Source: Raillietiella orientalis (lineage: Eukaryota). From it: a stretch of 64,000 bases of DNA. The position numbers were made by a program, and so were the translations under genes. The notes beneath the pieces were generated by a model that saw nothing but the letters and a program-made list of their open reading frames with translations, did no database searches and was not told the origin of the DNA. This document shows, piece after piece, positions 12,031 through 24,810 of the stretch (position 1 is its first letter; each line of letters starts with the position of its first letter). The stretch spans positions 310,001-374,000 of the forward strand of contig JAYWIR010000006.1 of the NCBI GenBank assembly GCA_036172245.1. The letters run 5' to 3'.

Positions 12031-12939
12031 GAATGTGGCCTATCCAGCTGAGTTGCCTCAAGCATTACCTTCTTTCTGGTTACATCAACCATAAAGAAGG
12101 AGATTCGACCGATCGGTCAGCTTCCCTTTCAGGAATTCCCATCTACGAGAGCTCCCAGCTACAGAGACTTCATGAGAGAGCGTTTTCCTCCAAAGAACCG
12201 GCTCGTTTTCCTGCGACCGAATTCACCGAATTCTCGCTTGGATCTTCGTTTAACGAACCAATCCATCTTCCTCCATCAGTCGGTTACTCTAGCAATTCTG
12301 TAGGCGGTGCACTGCAACCCAATTATCTCCTCATCTCATCCAGTGCTCGTGCGAAACAATGCCATCCCTGACGCCTCCCCCATGACTCCGTGTTCCTGTC
12401 CTCGAAATCCCTGTGCATGCAGCCATATCCTCCCTTGGTGGGATCGTTACCATGTTGCTGCTCGATCCAGACTCCTACGAATCTCCTTTCAACCTCACGC
12501 ACGTTCTCAAAGAGAGCTGCTCTCCCTCAGCACCTGGGGTTTCGGGCACTCTGGGTTTCTTTCTTACGCTTCACCTGAAGGTGCATGGCCAAGCGCGCTT
12601 TACGACGACCATTCTCTCTCCACACCACGACTGATTTGAAGGAGCTCGACAAATTCGGAAACATCAAAGCATCGCTAGGTCCAGCGATGTTCACCTCCAG
12701 ACTCGTATCCGCAGGCATCGCAGCAGCAGCATAAGGGAACATCAACGGGAGACCGGAATTTTCCGGTGTACCGCTGATCATCAGTCGGATCACCACGAGA
12801 AGCAAACAACTCTTGAGCAGGAAGCCCTTCGAAAAGCATCCTCATCATCTGCAAGAAGAGAGCTATGCACTTCAAATTGCTCCGCAATATTCAGAAACTT
12901 TCAGAGCAACCACGAAAGTGCTATCCTCGATCCAAGAGA

Positions 12940-15360
12940 TGACACTTCCAGCTGCCTTTATTCCAGGGAGAGTTGGAGGAGCAATACGTCAATGCGCACG
13001 GGTCGATTCTATTCCCATTGTACAGAATGAATGGTTCCTCCGGAAACAGGATGAGAGAGTCGGAAACTCGAGGGTGACGAAATGCCGCATGAAATGGCTT
13101 TTCCGAAAGATCCCCTCTTCAGGATTGGGGAAGGAACATTGCCCTCAGTTGGTGGTGTGTACGAGCAACCTACCTTCGCATATCTGTAGAGTGTAATGAA
13201 GGGGCGTCTGCGACGGATCTCCAAGAGCCAGTGGCTGTCGTCTGAAGTCAGCCTTCTCCGTTTCCTGATCGTTTCCACACGAGTGGCGTATTCGGCTTGA
13301 TTTTCAGTCGTCTGAACACTTCGATGCAGACAGAGTTGCAGCTAGGACGTGGCTCATCGGAAATCCATCTGCATGCTTTGCCGAGCATCCTGCTTGTCAT
13401 CTTGCAATCGCGCGGTCACATCTGATGCGTGGAACATGAGTTAAGGACAAAGGAAAAAGCTTCATCTCCGAACCACGAGGCTGCATGTAAGAAAGGCTGC
13501 TTTCCGTTCTTCTTTACCTTGTAAACACCGCGATTCATGGGCCAAAAGCATTCTTTTTGACGATCCCGATTTGCATGTAAAAAACAAAGGAGATAAACTG
13601 TACGCCCCTCCTCCCTGAGCCCCCCTATCCCCTTCCAAAAAAAGACCCACATCGCTGCAAAGACAGTGGATCTCCAAGAAAAGGAACGCAGTACCGCGTG
13701 ATTTCAAAAAAGACGAACATCACCTTCTTGTCGCTTTCCATTTGGCTATGGAAACAAATTCTCTGGAAAGAGATTCAAGTTCGTCTCTCTCTGCTTGGCG
13801 GAGGATGGAGGATCCAGTCTGGGTCACTTATCACGTTGGCAGTTTGCGATTAGAAAATCTTTGAGGACCTCAAGGGTGCGTGTCCCTCATCGTAGGCTGG
13901 ACCCACCTTGAATGCAGTCGGATTCCATCTTGAAATTCTTTCACTCTGAAGTGCAATTCGATGGAATTCTCTGTTCGTCAGCTGGTGAGTATCTGAAGCT
14001 CACAAGCTGAGCCACCCTGAAGCACCAATTTGCGCAAATCAATCTTCAAGTTTCTTCCCATCAATGCCACTGGGATGTTACCTGGAAGAGAAGACGTGAA
14101 CTTTGTGATGCATCCGCCCCGATTAACCCACAAAGAAAATCTCAAAGGCTCAACGTGCACCTGTTGCCATCTGGTGATGCATTCTGCAGACTTCAGCTAA
14201 GCGACTCCCATCTTGCGTTTCAACCATCTTCTCTACAATGCAGAAAAGCGTGCCAGCACGGTTGAGCATTTTCCTCTAGCTGCAGAGCGTTCCGACTGAA
14301 GAAGGTGGGACTTATCGGGACCGTCGGAATCAAAGGAGTATGCAGGAAGGATCCATCTTCTCCATAATCAATCTCCCGAATTTGTACGTTTTGTGTCAGT
14401 CGTGGTGTATTCGCATCACTTTTTGGTGCGGAGACGTCCCAATGAAGACCGAGTGCCACAAAGCATCTGCCGCGCGCTTCAGCAACATTCGAAGAGTGCT
14501 CGAGGGCTGTCCCACCAGAAACGTCATCGACGAAATTCCTGCAAATTCAGCGGCGCTGCTCTCCAAACGGGAAAACGTGGAGTTCCCGGCGGCTCCCATG
14601 CAGCACAAAGAATCGATGAGAGAAGACCCCTCTGGAGAAGATACGCATTCATATCAGCGTTGAAGAAAAAGGTCTCGAGGAAAAAAGACGCACACACGCA
14701 AAAAGAAAGGACCTGAATGTCCTTCTAACCACTGAGCATTTCCCAAGCATGTTAAACATGAGCTGCAGGTTTTTTAAATTGACCTCCGAAAGAAACGCAA
14801 GGGGATTAGATCAGCATTGTACTATGTCTTGCATTTCTTTTTGACGGACTCTGTCAAGTCACCTGCTGAGAATTTCTCTTGCCCGTAGATGATGTATTCT
14901 TTCATCTCGTTTATCGGAACATGATCAACCTTGTTCATATGTGAAATTAATGCATTGTAATCCGAATACTCATATCCAAGTGTGCGTTGCAGTTCTAGAC
15001 ATTTCATGAAGAGAGCAGCTTTTCGGTGTTAGTATTGCAATATCGTTGATGGTAAATTTTAGAGGGACCACTGTTTTCACCATTCTTTCCACAAAGGTGA
15101 CACGCGGGGCCTGGACAGACTGCCGGTCGTTGGAATCCAGGCTTATCTGCATGCGTTTTTCCGTTGCTGTAGCAACTTTTTTTCTGCGTACACGAACCGA
15201 GAAGTCGGAATACCGAAAGGCATCTGTGAGAGGACTCCACCGTCCCGACGTCCGGATCCTGCGGAGTGTCCTCTCTCGTGCCACCTTCTCCCCATTTTGA
15301 GATATGCACATGCCTCTCTTCAACGAAGAACCGCTGCTGGACAAGCTCAGACACGACCAC
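12940..15360 (-). mobile_element. Degenerate RLE-type non-LTR element (N-terminal Zn finger, RT, RLE); mirrored at ~59180-61510 (+)
   Basis: KCLELQRTLGYEYSDYNALISHMNKVDH (ZF-like), LQRGLLSSILCAAWEP (QGDPLSPILFN.AMEP) and AEFAG..MTFLVGQPSSTLRMLL (AFADDL region). Confidence 0.5.
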
Positions 15361-15668
15361 CTAGTTGGTCGATTTTTCCTGGAGTCTAGGTTTTCATTTG
15401 GACGATATGCTCTCCGGAGGCGTATCGGTTATTTGGATCTCCGATTTCCACCTCGAGTGCAAATTCTGACATCTGGCTCGTGATATCATTGCAATTTGAT
15501 TTCTCGAATTTTGGGAAGCGGGAGAAAATCGTCGCCGTAGACAGGATTCCAAGCGCGTGTTGATCAGCATGCTACCACTTCTTCCGGTCAAAGTTCCATC
15601 TTTGCAGACACCACCTCCATGGACCAGATGAAATGCATCTTCCACCGCTTCTACCAGTGGCTTTGAAG

Positions 15669-16064
15669 ACTAATGCGGTAAATTCTGCTAACTGCTATCC
15701 CCTTAAAGAAGGAAATCCTACTAACCCCATTACTCGAACATCATAATCCATACACTACCATCAACCCGTTTCTCCCCTACTCATCAGATCCTGTCTTCAG
15801 TCACTCTTATAAATTACCAATCCCGCACATGGAAACATTAGCAAACGACTTCACGGCAGCAGGAACCAACAAATCATCTCATACCTACTGCTCTTATACC
15901 TAAGCCCAATCCTACAAGAATGATGCCTATCTGCAGCCACGCTTGAAACGCAATAAGCTTTTTCACGTCAATTGCTAATCCCGTAACAAACCATCGTCAA
16001 GACGCCAGTATGCACTATGACACTGTCCATTACTCCAGCCTCATTTCATCGACTCATCCAATAC
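15669..16064 (-). pseudogene. nad5: NUMT: mitochondrial nad5 fragment
   Basis: The invertebrate mitochondrial code gives collinear GVLTMVCYGIS, DVKKLIAFQAWLQMGIILVGLGLG, CAGLVIYKSDWSQDL and MGLVGFPSLSG. These match ND5 motifs D.KK.IA.ST..Q.G, C.G..IH....QD and L.G.PFL.GF. The fragment is frameshifted and G+T-skewed. Confidence 0.8.
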
Positions 16065-18099
16065 GAGGCGCGTTTCAAGGGCAAGGGCGGATCGGATAGC
16101 GAGCTGCCCTTGAACGAGCGAGCAACCAAATCCCAGCGCACCAAAAAGAGGCCCCCGTTACGCGGTCCGTGGGAAACGTGCTGCAGGTGAATGGGGACCT
16201 ACAACGGTTCTTCCTTGACCGTAAGGACAACCTCAGCTCTGTATTTCTTTCTGGGAATTGCTGAACTGAAGATGCAGAGTCCATGCTTAGTGTGGACTAT
16301 CATGCATGGACGTCATGGCTGCATGCAATTCAAGAGGCTTCCAGAGGTTGCACCGAGTAGCCAACCATTTCCTCAACAAAGAACGCAAAGAAGAGAAAGG
16401 AGAGGAAGCTGCGTGGGTTTCTCATGATTATTCGTCAATGCGTATCCTCGCCCCGTGCTCTTAGACGTCCAATCCGGAGTCGATGAGGAAATAGACGGAG
16501 TCTTACAGGAAAAAGCTCGAAGCACCACTCCCTTTCCGTTCGCTTACTGCCTACAGCTTCTAGAACCCGGAGCACTTGCCGAGGAATCGACTCTCCAAAT
16601 TCAGGGTGGCGACGACCTGAATGCAAGGATGATAGGTGGCCGAACTAGTGAGGAGCCGCACCTAGAAGAGCGAAGGGTACCAAGAGATCCTGCTCAGCGG
16701 AGGATGGGGTCGTTACCGAGAGCGATGCGTTGTCTCTCGGCATGACCGAAAGTCACGGCCTACGAGCAGCGGAAATCAGGAACGGACGGAAAATTCACCA
16801 GGAAAAGAAGAGGGAGCGAAGGCCAATCTCGAAAAACCCTAAGCCTCGCCATACCCAATGACCTGTTCATCAAGATCTCATGGGAAGCATATCTGTAGGG
16901 AATTGGCGGACACACATTCTCATCTGCTATTTGAGCCGGGAGCAACGTGAACGGGACACCCTCCAAAAGGCGAAATCGGTGCTAAGCCTGTTCCTGAATG
17001 GCGACCTTCTCTTCCGGAAGAGAACGTCCTGTGGAACGCGTTCCCAGCTCCCCGCCTCCGTTCCCTGCTTATTCTTTGCTTCCTGCCCAAACGCTCCGCG
17101 AACAGCCTTCTAGAAGACGCTCACTTCCCGGGTCCGATTGAAACACTTTGCATTTTTTCCTTGGTCCCTTTACACATTCTTTCGAGGAGATGAGGAAAGC
17201 CTTCGTTCTGTGCTAGCTCGTACACCAACCCGGGGCAATTGACGGGAATGCTTAGACATATCACTCTGTCAGCCAATTCTTGGTGACCCACAATTTGCCC
17301 TCCAGCAAGCCACTGAGCCACACACCTACACGGGAACCTCGGATGCGTGACAATTCTGCAACACGTATGCAACACTCCATCGAATCGCGCCCATGCCTAC
17401 ACGCATCCTCCAGCCACAGCCTGCATTGAAGCAAAATACTTCACTGCCCTCAGTTCACCTTCCTGCGAACACACCCATCAACCGTCTTCAGTGAACGGGA
17501 AACCCTCATTTTTTTCCCAAAAAAGAATCCAAGATTTTACAAAAATTTTACAATTTCTCTCTGGAGATCAATTCCCAGTCATAGTCTTCCACATCGGGAG
17601 GCAAACGACGAACCCTGCAGAGGTCCATCCACGCACCTTTCGCCTACGCAACCTTGAAAAACAGATGTGCCGACCTGCTACTCGTACGCTTTGCCAATAC
17701 TCACCCGTATGAGCGTTTGCATTCCAGGCAGCGCAACCAGCTTTCTCACCACCGAGGAGGTTTTCTGAACTGCAGATGGAACCGCAGCTTCCCTTCACAC
17801 GCCTAACACTTTGGAAGTGCGCATGCTTCCTCAGCAAGAACGTGCAAAGCATGCCAGCCCTACACTCCCCCTACTCAAACTTAAGAAACAAACCATTCCA
17901 CGTCACTCCAGCGACATCATTCCAGGTCGAATTGCGAAACCTATGTGTTCCCTAACAACGGATTCCCAATTGCCCTTCCCTGTACAACTTGAATCCTCAC
18001 CTCCTGCTTCCCCTTTCGCAATCGCACGCTTTCTCGAATCTTACTCTCACACAAAGCGACGGGTGCCACAGTCAGCAACAGCACCTTTGCCACTACGGA

Positions 18100-19440
18100 C
18101 GCCTTTGCATCACCGACCACCATGCTCTCCAGTCCCCAAACTTACCATCTTCCTAATCCTATTCCCCGTACAGAAAAGGTCCATCAGCATCCCAAGATGG
18201 AGTCGCAGCAGCCTGATTGCCATCTCCACTCCAATCATGTTGCATCCGGAGTCGAAGAAATCTTCGAAACCGTAAGTTTCCCATTCGCAATATAGAGAAA
18301 GCAGATTGTATGAGATGGACGCACGTGTTGATTCTGGTCGTCGTGGACGGTACTGCGTTTTTCGACGTGCAATCTGAGGAGAAATGCAAGGAATTTCCAA
18401 ATATCGAATTTGCCGGAATGGGAAAGCAGTGAGTGACGACACTTGATGAGAATGGGGAATAGGGAAAATGCGAAAGCCCCAGCAGGCACTCAAAGCATGT
18501 TTTGCACTTCGTTTCGAACCATCTACGGTCCCTACGGAAACGGCATTTTGCAATTAGAGGAACATGTCTTCCTAGCGTGGTTCCTTCCTTTCCTTCCCCG
18601 TCTATGTTCTCCCAGCAAATTTGAACCTTTGCAGTGCCCACAATCTGAGAGTCACGGGAAGCATTTGAAGTTCCTGAAAGGTTGAGGACCAGGAATCCAA
18701 AGAAACCGAATGCCAGTTTTCCGAAACAACGTGCGCGATAGGAAACTCTTTGCATCCATCTTCGACACTTACACGGATGAGGGATAAAGAAAAAGAAAGC
18801 AGGAAAAGGTCACCTTCAGCACACGTCACGAGGGCTGCCGGCTGCTGTTGTGTCCATTTCAAAGACCTTCACCGAAATCGTACACATTTGGGCTGCAAGA
18901 GTCCTCACAGATAAGTGCAGGCGTCTCGAGTCATGGAAAGGTGCGACCTGCGGTAGCGGCAAAGGGGAATGAAGTGGTCAGGAATCGAAAGTCTAGAGTA
19001 AGGTGTTGCTCGCGAAAACACATGGGACACGAGAAGCACGTTCACTGCAGAGCAGTAGGCTGGTGACCCAACTGGTTGCCATAAATAGTAGGAAATGGTC
19101 ATCGCACGGAACGCTACTGTCAATGGCGCTACCGTGTTCGAAGTGCAGGTCTTCGGAATCGCACGAAGACTGCACTTCTCAAGAAAGAAAGATTAACGCA
19201 ACACTCCAATTCTCAACTGAAGACCCATTTCCCATCGGAAAGAACGACGCTCCCATATGCGAACATCGCAACCACGAGTTTACCGAGGATTTCCATCTAT
19301 ACCAATGGCATACAGAAAGCAGCAGCAGACTTTGGCGAAAGGCAGCTCCAAACGGAAACGCAAAAACGAGCCACCTCTATCTTTTTGTGCTCCCAAACGT
19401 AGCACGATGGAAACAGGGATTCAATAAAAAGTAGGAATCT
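18100..19440 (-). mobile_element. Degenerate non-LTR RT fragment
   Basis: VAF/..CDDHFLL (YADD-like). Its DNA (gtagcgttccgt..gatgaccatttcctac) is homologous to 22918-22951 on the opposite strand. Confidence 0.4.
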
Positions 19441-20121
19441 GCAAAAAACAGGTCTCCCCAATTCACTCGGGAGTGCTGAAATGAATGGACGCCTCCGTGC
19501 ACCATCAACACGTCGCTCGCAAAACGTGGAGCTCGAAGTTCATGCAAAGCACTTCCAGCAGCTATAAACGGCAGAGTCGAGAATTGGGCAGGAAGTGCAT
19601 GCGCCGGATGATTTCTTACAGCACTCGAAGCCGCATGGTCAAGGCAACGCTACCTTGCAAACGTTCCCTTTTCACCTTCAAGCCAAACGCCAGATTCCTC
19701 GATTCTCATTTGACCCACCCCGAGTGTACTTCCTGCACGGCAATCGTAAAGTTGGACGTGCTGTTGCGTTCAATCGCCAAGCAAAGGGCAATGCAAAGCC
19801 ATCGTTGCGTGCATTTCAGCGACTCGATTGCCTTTCGGCCCGCGAACACCTTCCTCTTTTTCCGCATTGCCCAGAAAGGGATGGTTCAGCTCCCCAGTTG
19901 CCCCCCGCACCCGTTGCTTCCTTCTCCTCTTTCAGCCTTGCTCCTGTTCGCTGGTAGACCGTCCGCCACCAGACGTGCTTCCTGGTCGGTGGTCAGCTGG
20001 CTGCTGCCCCGCGTACGCGCACCTGTGTGCCGGCGCCTGCGCCACGGGGCCTGCAGGGTCCAGGCGTGGTTTCCAGGGTGACGCCATTCTTGACTGCCAT
20101 TCGGATTGAGACGAGCCAGCC

Positions 20122-20331
20122 ATGCGCTTCGGCAAACGCTTGCTACGCTTCTTTTCGAGGATCTGTCCGTGCTTGGGGACGAAGCGCCGCCGCGACGCAC
20201 CACCTCCGCCACCTCCGCCCAACACCCCGCGCTCCGAGCGAGTCTCTTTCGTCGAGGTCCAGCTCGTTGGATTGGAAGCGGAACGGGAGGAAGACGACGT
20301 CCTGTGGGACATCCGCTACCTCTTCGTCTAG
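20122..20331 (+). CDS. Candidate 69-aa microprotein (amphipathic N-terminus with CPC, Pro7, RVSF, acidic-Trp C-terminus)
   Basis: GCCAGCCATG start context. The ORF is intact in B1 and B4. Of the 3 B1/B4 differences I see, 2 are synonymous third-position changes. No homology recognised. Confidence 0.3.
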   Translation: MRFGKRLLRFFSRICPCLGTKRRRDAPPPPPPPNTPRSERVSFVEVQLVGLEAEREEDDVLWDIRYLFV

Positions 20332-20499
20332 GTGTTGTCGCTTCGCTGCTGCGCTCGCGTTCCCCTTGCGCGCAGCTCGGTTTGTTCGTGCTCGTGGTTT
20401 GTTTGTGCCACTCGAGCCGCTTGACGCCAACCAGCTCGGATCGGCTTGCCCCCACCCATCATCCCCCTTCCCTGCCCCTCCCCCTTGCCCGCGGAGCGC

Positions 20500-23280
20500 G
20501 TGCGTCCCTCCCCTCCATCCCTCCCGCGTTCGCCTAGCTGGTGTGCGGCCTCGCAGCCAGCGCTCGGCTCTCGGGCGACCGCCGATTGCACCCACCCGAA
20601 GCAGTGGGCCGGCTGGGCGCGGAAGCGCGCCGAGGCCCCTGCGGCCGCACCGTCATGCCGACGGAAAAAACAACCCACCTTGGTGCGGTGCGCAGCCCCC
20701 ACGCAATCGGCAGGAAGTTTCCCCGGTCCCTTGAGGTGAGTGTGCGCGAGCACGTCGTCGCTCACGTCACGGGCAGCTCGTTGCTAGCATGCACGCTGCC
20801 ACCCGGATCTGGGAAGCAGGAGACCAGCTCCCACGGACCTCTGCTCAGAGGTAAGTGGGCCTGCACGCTGGCAGCGGGCAGCTGCGCCAGTACCGCCCCG
20901 GTTCCTCGGCAGGGCGTGTCACCTGCGCTCTTGCGGGTTGACCTCACTGAAGCGAAGACAGCGGAAGGCCCTCGTGGTTGCAGCCAGTCAGCTCCGGCTG
21001 ACCTTGCGTTCTGGTCGCTGCGCTCCTCTAAGAGCTGCAGCAGTGTGCGACGGGTGCTTCCGTCCAGCAGCAAATGGCGGCCTCTGTTTCCGGCAACGTC
21101 AAGCGACACCGCTCGTGCACCACCGACCTTGCCGCTCGTCTTCGACGCCAGCAAGGCAGCAGCACAAGGCAGTTGCTGGTGCCTTGCCGCCAACGGCTGC
21201 GGCCCTGGACACGTCCCTCCTGCAGCAGCAGGCAGGTACGTTGCCAAACGCAAGCTTCCGTCGCGGAACAGGCTGGCGGGCGCCATCCACGGCACACCTC
21301 CGGGATGTGTTCTGCACCTGGCGAGACCTCGCCAGGTGAGCATCCCATCGCGTTTCACGACCACGCTCGTTCGTTGGCCCCGCGCGCCACAACGCGTCCT
21401 CCGATTGCCTGAGAATTATCCGAGCGCAGCCTTCGTTCGCTTCAGCATTCGACGGCAGCAAACGAAAGCAGCCGGCAGAAGCAGCGAAACGCACAGCCAG
21501 GCTGCAATTGACCATCCAATCGGCTGCTTTCTTGGAATCTTCCAGATCGAGGACATGCGACGAAATACAGGAAAGGCGATGCAATTGAAAACATCTCTGG
21601 AAAGAACCGCTGCCATCACCCTGAGCAGTCTTTTCAAATGCTGCAGCATGATGTCGGCATTCTTTGAGTCTGCTGCTCAACAGTGGCCCATCATTGCAGA
21701 TTGCGGAAGGCTCTCGAGGCGCGCGTCTCGGACGCAACTCCATGTAAGTGCTTTCTTCCAGTGTGAAATTCGTACTAGTCGATGGTACGCTTTTCCTTAC
21801 TCACAGGCACATCACGGCAGCCTCTGTATAACTTGTATAATACTTGCCACACATTAAGATCGACATTCTAAAGATTGTCTGGCTAGCAATCGTTGCTGGA
21901 AAAGTACATTCTCACACCACGACAATCTTCCTTCCCAAGTACATTACATAATGAAACGCAGGAACCTCGTGCACTGGAAAGAATGCAAAAACATTCATTC
22001 AAAGGACACGCGTTGCGGTTTGTCTTTGCACTTCATTTCGAAAGCTCCGTTCATTGCAAAAAGCACTCGACTTCCGTCTCCACAGCTTCGGATTTCATCA
22101 GGAAATCCTTCGGTGAGCCAATCGTTCATTATTACGATTCTTTCTCGACACTTGCAATCCGATATCATAGCGACGGTTGCTGGTGCACCAGAGCTCCTTG
22201 GAAGTCACCGATCCAACGGACGCATACTCTCAATGCTTGGATGCATCGAATGGTGGGTACGCAATACGCTGAGAGCACACGAGCCAGGCGACCGAAAGCA
22301 GAGAGACGCTCCTGAATCACCACGAACAGCATCGACGAGAAGTGGCAATCGGATGCGTTGTCGGAAGAACGATGCTCCCAGCCAACGAGGAAACCTCTCC
22401 GATGCGAACGAGCAGACAATTGGCGCCAACGGGAGTTTCCAAAGGAGACACAGCAAGTCGACGGCTGCAGTGCCCTTCTCCGCATGCGATCCTCGTTTCA
22501 CGCAACCGATGGATTCCAATAAAGGACGCTTGCCTGCAATGATGCAGGACTGGTACGAAAGAAATTTTCAGAATCCAGACTGCATGGGACCACTGCTAGC
22601 ATATCAAGCCCAAGCTTGCAGTTCTGTTCTTGCAGTCCGCGCTGCATGAGGGAGATGACCACCACCTAGCGCTAATGCAGGGTGGGGCACGAAGCCAATG
22701 CGAATCCCTACACGGATTCCCATTCTCACCGCACCACCGCATGCGAAGGCTTCTGGCCGCCCTCCGCTCACCAAGGCGCACCAACTAGTGGTTAGCGAGG
22801 TTGGCAAAGTTCACTCGAGTTGTGCCGTTCCAAGAAGCGTCCGCAAATGAACGCCTCTCAATCGATGGAAACCCACCATTTCAAAGAGCTTTGCTTACTA
22901 TCCCGGTTTTCCCTGTTGTAGCGTTCCGTAGGATGACCATTTCCTACCATTCGTCTTACATGAGTTCCGAAGGTAAAGGTGAAGTATCAGGGCAATAAGA
23001 ATTGCTCCCTCAATTCTGCCGCTACTTTGCTTCCATTTGTTTACTCCCTAACTGTTGAAGAGGCTGCGCTCCCATTTTGCCATCGGTTTCCCCACAACCC
23101 ACCGCCTGCTTGTCTCCAAACAACATCAGCAGTTGTCGGGAAGAGGGATCACTGCGTGAATTCGTCACCCTAAGCAATCCTTGGTTGCGGAGTTGATGGA
23201 GCGTCTTTCTCGCGTGTTCCAATTCGACCTTCTCCATCGTTTAGCGGACAGGCGATTCGTCTCAGAGACATCGCTGTCAT
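20500..23280 (+). mobile_element. Degenerate RLE-type element 5' half (GC-rich N-terminus, Zn-finger relic, RT)
   Basis: HVSAFFQCEIRTSRWYAFPYSQAHHGSLC resembles NeSL/Utopia N-terminal Zn fingers. VVAF/.DDHFL lies at ~22915-22950. Confidence 0.4.
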
Positions 23281-24269
23281 TCAAATTCATTGTTTTTTGG
23301 CAGCAGCCCCACTCAATGTGTTTCCAGTAATTCGCAGCGTACAGCGCACAGAGTCTGTCTGCCATTTCCGTCAGTGTGTCCCAGTGCAGGTGGACAACGA
23401 GCATCCTTATGGAGACGCACTCGCTCGAGGTTGAATCGCTTTTCTTTGGCAGTTCAGAGAACTGACCAGAAATCACACCGGTCAACGCCGGCAACGACCA
23501 TCGCGATGCTTTGCCATAATGAGACAGTCGCATTCTTCTTGCTTGCTCCGGTTCCCATTCCATCGCTCCATGCCGGCCGAAACAACGCTCCGGGACGTTC
23601 AGAAGAAAACGGCGCACGGTGGTGGTGGGGTGTCGGCCGACCGGAGCGTCGAGCATGGCTGTCCCGCCGGTCGGCATTCCACGCAAGGTCGGGATGGGAT
23701 TCCTGCGACGTCTGGAACTTCGAAAATCATGTCCATGTAGTTGTCTCTGAATGTTCGGGCGCAGGAACTCTCAGGAAGAACATTCTGTAAAAACAAAAAT
23801 CGGCTGCCCGCTGCATGCAGCAGGAGATGCAGAGAGACCGTCCGCACACGGCTACATTTTTCACGTCACACAATACGTCATCCCTGTGCAGAGATCCCTT
23901 CTTGAAGAAAAGCTTATTTCTCTGTCATCTCTGCCTCGTAAGCGATGGCGAGCATCACGCATCGTGAGCAAGTCTGCGAGTGCTCAAAGGAGCGTCTTCC
24001 GGAAATGCCTCCCGTCCTTGCACAGCGTTTCCAGCATTCTGCACGGAAATCTGGGGGTATTCGCCTCCCCCCTTCTCCCCAGTTAAGGCTGCATCGTTCT
24101 TGGACCAGAGATGGATATGTGACTGCAGTTATCCGGCAAACTCTTTCTCCTGGTGAGGCTGCACTCATATCGCCTTTCGTTCGAAAGCTACGCTCTGGGC
24201 AATGCTTGCCGTACAAGCGACGCCAAACGCGGAAGCATGCGAAACACTGCTGGAGCACGCGGCGTAGCA

Positions 24270-24810
24270 GACGCCTCAGTAGTGCAGCGATTCCAAAGCA
24301 TCCTGCGGTACTCGCCACCTCATCAAGCTGAAGATCCTACAGGAAGCTCTTCTGTCCGAATTTCGTGCAAAGAAGCGGGCATGGTATGATTGCGTCTTTG
24401 AGCACTCGCATTCCAGAAGCTTCCAGATTCTATTGAACGGCTCTTGGATAGCCAGTAGTAGAGGGTTCATGGAATTATACGCTTTTTGGGGGGTCAGTAG
24501 TTGGCATCGGTCGGTTATAGCTAAGAGCACCCAGTTTCCATTGCCAGAAGCTGTGGCGGTTTCAGCTTTGGTGGACGCGTGTCCTCTGGTTAATGCAGGC
24601 ATATGCGAGGCCCACTTCGAGGGTAATGGCGGATCGGATACAAGGAGAGAAAATATTAGCGCTTCCAGACACATATACATCCCCGTGTCATTTTTCTGTC
24701 GCAGGCACCATTGTTTTCCAAACATGGTGGAAGAAGAGTCGTGTTGATCAAAAAGTTCCCATTTGAATTTCTGAATCCCCTGGAATGTGCGGACAGCATG
24801 AATTGCCAAG
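24270..24810 (-). mobile_element. Degenerate non-LTR RT fragment
   Basis: PLPSKW..., GNWVLLAI (NWRPIAL-like) and LLTPQKAY (LS..QKGF-like). Confidence 0.35.

Larger units (their letters stand above)
12939..23280 (+). repeat. Block B1: ~10.3-kb segmental duplication, inverted copy at 51245-61514
   Basis: Dozens of ORFs are mirrored identically. Paired coordinate sums are 74453, 74544 and 74529, explained by one 91-bp and one 15-bp indel. Confidence 0.97.

Noticed and set aside
16400..18100. Possible Gypsy integrase and RT relics
   Set aside because: The motif resemblance is too weak to call by eye.
20541..21857. 438-aa ORF (and mirror 52672-53988) as a host gene
   Set aside because: It starts at GTG, has GC-driven low-complexity composition and is broken in B2. 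Its recurrence is explained by the DNA duplication.
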